Shown: piece by piece, positions 37,283 to 43,370 of the stretch
Layout: every line of letters begins with the position of its first letter
How positions within the stretch are numbered: position 1 is the stretch's first letter
Source of the DNA: Acidilobaceae archaeon
Lineage (GTDB): Archaea > Thermoproteota > Thermoprotei_A > Sulfolobales > Acidilobaceae
Direction of reading: 5' to 3'
NCBI GenBank assembly: GCA_028276165.1
Contig: JAPYWV010000001.1
Coordinates: 1-43,370 of the forward strand
Length of the DNA: 43,370 nt
Notes under the pieces: generated by a model
Databases searched by the model: none
The model's input: the letters and a program-made list of their open reading frames with translations, nothing else
What the model was told of the DNA's origin: nothing
Made by a program: the position numbers and the translations under genes

Positions 37283-38365
37283 CTACTCTTCAACAGTTTC
37301 TAGAGCCTTGTATACCTTTACATCCTCAGGGCTCACGTATACCCTCAGCCTCTCCTCCTCACTTATACTAGTCTTGTTCTTAAGGTATACGTTTATGGTT
37401 TCACCATTATCCAGTAGTAGTCTCACCTGGATCGCGAACCCTATCAAGCTCGTTCTAACAACCCTCCCCTCCAGTACGTTAGGCGACCTCCTATCCTCCT
37501 CTAGGAGCTCTGCATCCTCATTTCTTATAACCACCTTAACCTTATCGCCTTTCTCCAGTTTATCCCTGGATACACCGTAGATCCTGAGGCCTCTAACGTC
37601 TACCACGTATAGGTTATCAGACTCCCTGCTCACCACGACTCCTTCTAGCACGTTACTCCTCCCCATGAAGGTTGCTACGAAGAGGTTAGCTGGGTTACTA
37701 TAGATCTCCCACGGCGTCCCTACCTGGATTATACGCCCTCTATCCATGACAGCTATCCTATCGCTAATGCTCATTGCCTCCTCCTGGTCGTGTGTAACAT
37801 ATATGGTTGTTATCCTAAGCTTCCTCTGTAGGGATACTATCTCCTCCCTGACCCTAACCCTAAGCTTTGCATCTAGGTTGCTTAGAGGCTCGTCGAAGAG
37901 AAGTACCTTGGGTTCAACAACTATAGCTCTAGCTAGTGCCACCCTCTGTTGCTGTCCACCACTAAGCTGTAGAGGGTACCTGTTCTCCAAGCCCTTCAAG
38001 CCTAGAAGCTCTAGAGCCCAGTTAACCCTCCTCCTAATCTCCTCTCTACTGTAACCCCTAACCTTAAGCCCGTAGGCTATGTTATCGAAGACCGTCATGT
38101 GGGGCCATAGAGCGTAGTTCTGAAATACCATAGCGGTATTCCTCTCATAAGGCTTCTTGAAGGTTACATCAACACCGTCAATGTAAACCCTACCCTCCTC
38201 CGGGATCTCGAACCCAGCTATAACCCTGAGTGTTGTAGTCTTACCACAACCACTAGGCCCTAGTAGTGTGAATATCTCTCCTGGGCTTACAGTGAAAGAG
38301 ATCCCATCTAGTGCCTTAAACCTCCCGAAGTACTTGCTAACACCCTCTAACCTAACCTCAGCCAA
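37283..38365 (-). CDS. ABC transporter ATP-binding protein (Fe3+/polyamine/AfuC class)
   Basis: GPSGCGKTT, MVFQNYALWPH, LSGGQQQR, DEPLSNLD; TOBE-like tail. Confidence 0.93.
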   Translation of the reverse strand: MAEVRLEGVSKYFGRFKALDGISFTVSPGEIFTLLGPSGCGKTTTLRVIAGFEIPEEGRVYIDGVDVTFKKPYERNTAMVFQNYALWPHMTVFDNIAYGLKVRGYSREEIRRRVNWALELLGLKGLENRYPLQLSGGQQQRVALARAIVVEPKVLLFDEPLSNLDAKLRVRVREEIVSLQRKLRITTIYVTHDQEEAMSISDRIAVMDRGRIIQVGTPWEIYSNPANLFVATFMGRSNVLEGVVVSRESDNLYVVDVRGLRIYGVSRDKLEKGDKVKVVIRNEDAELLEEDRRSPNVLEGRVVRTSLIGFAIQVRLLLDNGETINVYLKNKTSISEEERLRVYVSPEDVKVYKALETVEE

Positions 38366-38368
38366 CCC

Positions 38369-40180
38369 TCAAACCCCTAGGAATGCATATCTAAACCTGA
38401 GTATATAGTTCGATATTGTTATAGCGAGTATCTGCAAGGCCATAGTCATGGTTACAATGGCGGCTGCAAGGTGTATGAAGGCCCCACCACCATACCCGGC
38501 TGTCACATACTCGTATATAACGTATGTTACAGGGGCTTGCTCCGGGTTCAAGGCACCCAGTACTATGCTGGTGCTAACCTCGGTCATACAGTATACGAAG
38601 CTAACTATAGCCCCCGCCATCACATTCAAGCCTATCAATGGTAGGACTATGGTGAAGAGAACCCTAGACCTGCTAGCCCCTAGGTTCATCCCAGCCTCTT
38701 CTAGAGCTTGGTGGACCTGCTGTAGCCCAGCGTAGACAGCTCTCGTTGTGAAGGGCCCCTTCCTTATAGCGTACGCTAGTGTTATGAGCACAGCGGGGTT
38801 CCTGAAGGGGTCTACGAGGCTGTCCTTGAAGGGCCCCAGGCTGTACAGTATGACTAGGCCTAGGGCTATGGAGAGTCCTGGTATGGCTAGGGGGCTTGTT
38901 GCAAGCAGGTCTAGAGCCCCCACACCTGCGAATCTAACCCTACTAGCTACGTATGCGATGGTAGTGCTTATGATGATTATTAGTATGGTGGCTGTAGTTG
39001 AGTATACAAGGCTATTCCTTAAACCGTTAACAACACTTGGATCCCTAACAAGCTCCCTGAAATGATCCAACGTGAAACCCGATGGTAGAACGTGGACCCA
39101 TGATTCCGAGAAGGCGTACACAATAACACCCAGCTGTGGTAGCATGCTGAAGATGACTATGGGGAATACAACCAGGTATATGATAGCGTACATGAGAGGC
39201 CCGGGCTTCGCAACCCTAGGCTTCCACCTACCACCTCTAACCACCATTGCATACTGCCTTAAACTAACATACTGTTTAACGACAGTAAGCCAGAGCAAGG
39301 CTGTTATAAGGAGTAGCCCTGCTAGGACGATGACCTCGATGCTTAAGAACGCTACATCCCTCGAACCCACTATAGCTTTAACAATCTCCCTTGATACAAC
39401 CCTATCAACCTTAAAGGCTATGGGGGCGGCTAGATCCTCCATGGAGAATATGAATACGAGGCCTGAACCAGCAGCTATACCCGGGAGGCTTAGGGGTAGG
39501 GTTACAGTCCTAAACAACCTAAACCCCCTAGCCCCCATGTTCTCAGCTTGCTCCTCAAGACTAGGGTCTATTTGTAGGAGTGCAGCTAGCGTGTTAAGAT
39601 ACACTATGGGCCAGAACATCATAGCCTGTGCTACTATAACACCGGCTATGTACGTTACCTCTATCGTGTAACCCATACCAAGCTTTAGTAGAGCGTGGTA
39701 CAAGAGCCCGTTGTCACCGAAGATCTTGTATGCTACGAAAGCGTTGACAAAGGGTGTGTATAGGAGGGGTACGAGCGCCATGATCCTAAGTAAGCTCCTA
39801 CCGGGGAACTCGTACCTAGCAGTTACGAGTGCTACCAGAACCCCCACTATTGTGGCTATCACTGTAACACTAAAGGCTATCATGATGGTGTTAAGTATTA
39901 TGCCCATATCCTTAAACCTAACTATGATTAGTGTATGGTCACCCCTATCAACGAATATAATCCACTCCCCCAAGGGGGGCCAGGCGACGTAGGGGTATGA
40001 GAGGAGTCCTCTCACGACATCCAACGAGATACTCATAGCGGGTCTAAGTAGGAGTACCATCAGGGGTACCACTAGTACTGCTGAGAACATGGTTAGAGAG
40101 AAGAGGAGTAGTACTACCAGGGGGGGATCCAGTTGGTATGCTAAAAAACCGGTGATCCTACGGGTAGCCTGTGATATCAA
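38369..40180 (-). CDS. ABC permease, fused double domain (FbpB/ThiP/AfuB class)
   Basis: Two EAA loops (LEEQAENMGA, LEEAGMNLGAS). Confidence 0.92.
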   Translation of the reverse strand: MISQATRRITGFLAYQLDPPLVVLLLFSLTMFSAVLVVPLMVLLLRPAMSISLDVVRGLLSYPYVAWPPLGEWIIFVDRGDHTLIIVRFKDMGIILNTIMIAFSVTVIATIVGVLVALVTARYEFPGRSLLRIMALVPLLYTPFVNAFVAYKIFGDNGLLYHALLKLGMGYTIEVTYIAGVIVAQAMMFWPIVYLNTLAALLQIDPSLEEQAENMGARGFRLFRTVTLPLSLPGIAAGSGLVFIFSMEDLAAPIAFKVDRVVSREIVKAIVGSRDVAFLSIEVIVLAGLLLITALLWLTVVKQYVSLRQYAMVVRGGRWKPRVAKPGPLMYAIIYLVVFPIVIFSMLPQLGVIVYAFSESWVHVLPSGFTLDHFRELVRDPSVVNGLRNSLVYSTTATILIIIISTTIAYVASRVRFAGVGALDLLATSPLAIPGLSIALGLVILYSLGPFKDSLVDPFRNPAVLITLAYAIRKGPFTTRAVYAGLQQVHQALEEAGMNLGASRSRVLFTIVLPLIGLNVMAGAIVSFVYCMTEVSTSIVLGALNPEQAPVTYVIYEYVTAGYGGGAFIHLAAAIVTMTMALQILAITISNYILRFRYAFLGV

Positions 40181-40187
40181 CTTACCG

Positions 40188-41714
40188 CTACCCCAGCCTC
40201 CTGAGCTCCGAGAGTATCTCGGAGTACCTCTTGGAGGCGGCGTCTCTCCACGCTCTTATGAACGCATCCTCTCTCGCGGGATCCTTCAGTACTATCTCTG
40301 TAACCCTCCTCGCATCGTCCTCCGTGAAGGTCACCATAGCCCCCGTTATGGGATCCCTGTATGTTAGTGGCCTCCCAATCCTCTCCATGTACTCTCTAAG
40401 CTTACCCTCGTCGATCCTACCCTCGAAGTACAATTTTAGCAATGTCCTCCAAACATCCTTTAACAGGGTATCCATGTCTATGAGTGTTGCCTTAAAGTAT
40501 ATCTGCATAGCCCTCTCTATCGCTAGGGCCCTATCATCGTTAAACTCTATACCCCTAGCTCCCGCTAGGCTCTCATAAGCCCTCTTAAGGTCGGGTCTAG
40601 CGGCCCCCTCAGGTGTCTCGAAAACCCTCGGGTTCGCAGGTAGCCTGTTTATATCCTCTCTCAACCATATCTTCTGGCCCTCTGTTAAAACCCATGCTAT
40701 GAATGCAAGTGCAGCCTCAGGGTTCCTACTAGTCTTTAGCAGGGCTATGGGGTCACCGTTAACTATCGTCTCACCAGCTGGGGCTATGTACTCTGTTGAA
40801 GGGTTAGCTTTCATAGCCGTGTAGCCGTAGAAATCTATTGTTATTGCTACCGCAACCCTACCCTGTATAACGTTATCTCTAGCCTCAGCACTCCCACCTT
40901 CTATCAGTGAGTTTGCGGCCATGAACGTGAGGGTCACCCATCCTCTATCCCACCCGTAGGCTTGCAGTATTATCTCGTACATCCTAGTATGGCTTGTCGA
41001 CCTGAGGGGGTCGGCTATGGAGACCATGGGCCTGAGCTCTGTCACCAAAGGTCTACCGAGGGCTGGTGAGGCTAGATCAGCCCAGCTCCTGGGGATGGGG
41101 AGATTGTATCTCTTCAAAACATCGTGGTTAACGGTGAAGCCGAAGCTTGAAACCGCGGCTGCAACCCAGTACACCCTACCATCAGGCCCAAGCCTCTTCA
41201 TAGGAGCTCCTGCGAACACGTCCGGGATCTGTTTTAAAGCCCCCTCTACCAATGAACCCTCAAGTGGTGCTAGGAGGCCTTCAAGGTATAATATGTCGAA
41301 GAGGGTGGGGCCCCCACCCCAGGCTACATCGAAATCACCCTTCCTCCTAATAGATGACAGCCAGGCCACGGGGTCTACGAGGTAGAATTTAACATCGACA
41401 ATGTTATATCTCCTAGCTATCTCAGATTTAAGGAAAGCCTCCCTAGCCGCAACCTGTATCTCGCCAGGATGCCTTGTTATCACGTTGAGGACTACAGGTT
41501 GCCCTGGAGGTGTACGAGTCTCCGTCGGGGTTACATGGGATGGTGTTGTTGTAGCCTCACCAGGTGTAATGGTAGCTGTTGTCTCGCTAGGTGTTGGGGT
41601 CTGAGCCGGGGGGCCTCCCGCACCCCTCATGAAGATGATGTAGGCTCCTAGGATTAAGAGTAGGAGGGCTATGGCTAGACCTACAATTAGGGGTCTGGAG
41701 GTGTTATACCCCAC
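40188..41714 (-). CDS. ABC substrate-binding protein (Fe3+/AfuA/PgtC-like), N-terminal anchor and Thr-rich linker
   Basis: DVAWGGG, PRSWADLA, ADPLRSTS and DPIALLK motifs; first gene of the operon. Confidence 0.88.
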   Translation of the reverse strand: MGYNTSRPLIVGLAIALLLLILGAYIIFMRGAGGPPAQTPTPSETTATITPGEATTTPSHVTPTETRTPPGQPVVLNVITRHPGEIQVAAREAFLKSEIARRYNIVDVKFYLVDPVAWLSSIRRKGDFDVAWGGGPTLFDILYLEGLLAPLEGSLVEGALKQIPDVFAGAPMKRLGPDGRVYWVAAAVSSFGFTVNHDVLKRYNLPIPRSWADLASPALGRPLVTELRPMVSIADPLRSTSHTRMYEIILQAYGWDRGWVTLTFMAANSLIEGGSAEARDNVIQGRVAVAITIDFYGYTAMKANPSTEYIAPAGETIVNGDPIALLKTSRNPEAALAFIAWVLTEGQKIWLREDINRLPANPRVFETPEGAARPDLKRAYESLAGARGIEFNDDRALAIERAMQIYFKATLIDMDTLLKDVWRTLLKLYFEGRIDEGKLREYMERIGRPLTYRDPITGAMVTFTEDDARRVTEIVLKDPAREDAFIRAWRDAASKRYSEILSELRRLG

Positions 41715-41859
41715 ACTCCACCACCATGTGGGAGTTTAGGAGTTAAACCTATTTTAAGTATGTTACCTCTATACATCAATACACGCCTATAGGGTCTATG
41801 TAGCTAACAGTTAATAACCCCCCCGTATGCAACCCCTCTGATTGAAGGAGGTGGTTTGG

Positions 41860-43023
41860 TTGAAGGCGAAGATCTTAGGGCTGGCTCTCGCAACCCTACT
41901 GGTGGCTGTTCTAGCTCTAAACTCGATCCCGAGCCAGAGCGCTATCATCGTGATCGCCTTCGATCTAAGCAATAGGCAGTCCCCCAAGGGGCTTGAGGTT
42001 CTAGTCGAGATAGCGAAGCCCTACTACAAGGTTTTAATTGTATCAGAGCAAGCCGATCTTGAGAGGGTGCAGCCTGAGGTGTTGAAGGCCTTCAACGAGG
42101 TTAGGGTAGGCGGTCTCACGGCACTCAATCTAAGGGATGTAGATGTGCTCATCATAGGGCAGCCTGAGGCTTTGATTAGAAGTGAGGCTGTTGAAGCTAT
42201 AAAGGCTTGGTTCTCTAAGCCTAACAAAGCCTTGTGGATTGCAGGGGATAGCGATTACCCAGCTCAGGGTAGTGAGAAGGCTCAGCAGTCTATGAACGCT
42301 GTGTTAGAGGCTATAGGTAGCGTCATAAGGATAGATTATATAAGTGTTGAGGACTACAAGGAGAACGCTGGAGGTGCACCCTACAGGGTTACAGGTATAG
42401 TTGATCCAAGCCCTGAGGTAGCGTTTCTAAAGAACAACCTTAAGTACAACAAGGTCCTATTCCACGGGCCCGGAGGGCTATTCGTACTAGTACAGGGGAA
42501 GCCTGTAAACCCGGTTAAACAGCCTGAGCTTAAGCCTAGGAACGTCTACGTAGTTGTGAGGACAAGCGAGAACTCCAAAGCAGTAGAGAACCAGCCTCCA
42601 GAGAAGGGAGGGCTAGGCCCCATGTTCTACGATCCGTTAAACGATAAGGTTAACACAGGCCCATTCCCACTAATGCTAATAGAGGTATTCCCAGACAACA
42701 GGGTAGTGATAGCTTCAAGTGAGACAATGTACGGAGGCTACACACCAATGACCGTAACAGAGTACTACAAAGTACCCTTAGACGGCCCACAGTTCGTAAC
42801 AAACCTGATAACATACATGGTATCACTGGTAAGCCAGCCCGTGAAGGTGACAGAGACCAAGGTGGTAACGGAGACCAGGACAGAAACAGAGATTAGAACA
42901 ACAACGCTAACACAGGAGAGGACAACAACAGTACAAGTGGGGGTAAGCACTCCAGTAGCAACACTCATAGCAGTAATAGCATTCCTAGTAGGAGCAGTAA
43001 CGGTATTCCTGTTAAGAAGGTAA
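41860..43023 (+). CDS. Hypothetical secreted protein with Thr-rich linker and C-terminal TM anchor
   Basis: TTG 41860 after GGAGGTG RBS; signal peptide; DVLIIGQP/LWIAGDSDY core; TM followed by RR. Confidence 0.8.
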   Translation: MKAKILGLALATLLVAVLALNSIPSQSAIIVIAFDLSNRQSPKGLEVLVEIAKPYYKVLIVSEQADLERVQPEVLKAFNEVRVGGLTALNLRDVDVLIIGQPEALIRSEAVEAIKAWFSKPNKALWIAGDSDYPAQGSEKAQQSMNAVLEAIGSVIRIDYISVEDYKENAGGAPYRVTGIVDPSPEVAFLKNNLKYNKVLFHGPGGLFVLVQGKPVNPVKQPELKPRNVYVVVRTSENSKAVENQPPEKGGLGPMFYDPLNDKVNTGPFPLMLIEVFPDNRVVIASSETMYGGYTPMTVTEYYKVPLDGPQFVTNLITYMVSLVSQPVKVTETKVVTETRTETEIRTTTLTQERTTTVQVGVSTPVATLIAVIAFLVGAVTVFLLRR

Positions 43024-43139
43024 CCCCCAGCTTACTAAAAAGATACTTTCCCCGCTTTCAATTTCCAACATTTTTCCTCATACCATATGAGCAAGACATA
43101 TAACCTTCCAGGCGTATATACATAATTACGGTTCGGAGT

Positions 43140-43370
43140 ATGGGTGGTAAGATTAAGACCTCAATTGTGATCGATAGGAGTCTCTGGGAGGAGTTTAAGC
43201 GTAAGGCGAGCGAGGAGAGGGGATTAAAGGATATCAGTAGTTTAATCGGAGAGCTTATAGAGGAGAACTTCTCGGATTCACTCATAATAAATGCTCTATC
43301 CAAGTTAATAGGCGAAGCTAAGGTGCCAGAGGTATTGAAGCCTGTAAAACCCCTAGTGGAAACTGATGCT
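43140..43370 (+). CDS. RHH/VapB-type antitoxin-like protein, runs off the window end (not in ORF track)
   Basis: Manual translation MGGKIKTSIVIDRSLWEEFKRKASEERGLKDISSLIGELIEE… is open to the window end. Confidence 0.7.
   Translation, partial: MGGKIKTSIVIDRSLWEEFKRKASEERGLKDISSLIGELIEENFSDSLIINALSKLIGEAKVPEVLKPVKPLVETDA

Noticed and set aside
1746..43303. Numerous short antisense or nested ORFs in the track
   Set aside because: They are Ser/Leu/Thr-rich shadows overlapping well-supported genes on the opposite strand or frame.
1..43370. CRISPR array or rRNA
   Set aside because: No regularly spaced 24-40 bp repeats or rRNA signatures were seen.

Overview
Chromosomal window from a hyperthermophilic crenarchaeon (Thermoprotei, probably Desulfurococcales/Acidilobales-like). 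The assignment is inferred from eL38, dispersed A-type ATPase genes, iorAB, TATA/BRE promoters and a CCA-encoding tRNA-Phe. Most of the window is housekeeping and peptide catabolism: dph5, atpF/atpI, tusA/dsrE, thiL, a beta-CASP nuclease, iorAB, amzA, an oligopeptide ABC system, an Fe-S oxidoreductase, a glycolipid-type cluster, and a phosphoesterase with a second ABC system. The main hidden feature is a 353-bp non-coding insertion (3550-3902) that splits dsrE; removing it exactly restores the ORF. It carries IS607-like direct repeats at one end, an internal TATA promoter, a kink-turn-rich structured RNA and a TnpB-tail-like right end. Two more relics of that right end occur in the window, one inside a collapsed formate dehydrogenase cluster (fdhE/A/B/D remnants) next to tRNA-Phe. 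Also found: an uncalled aCcr1-like RHH gene, a decayed vapBC module fused to a probable integrase fragment, a PIG-A-like GT4/deacetylase/flippase trio, and a strong 5'-T to 3'-A synonymous codon gradient within several genes. All family assignments are from motif recognition only; no database searches were run.
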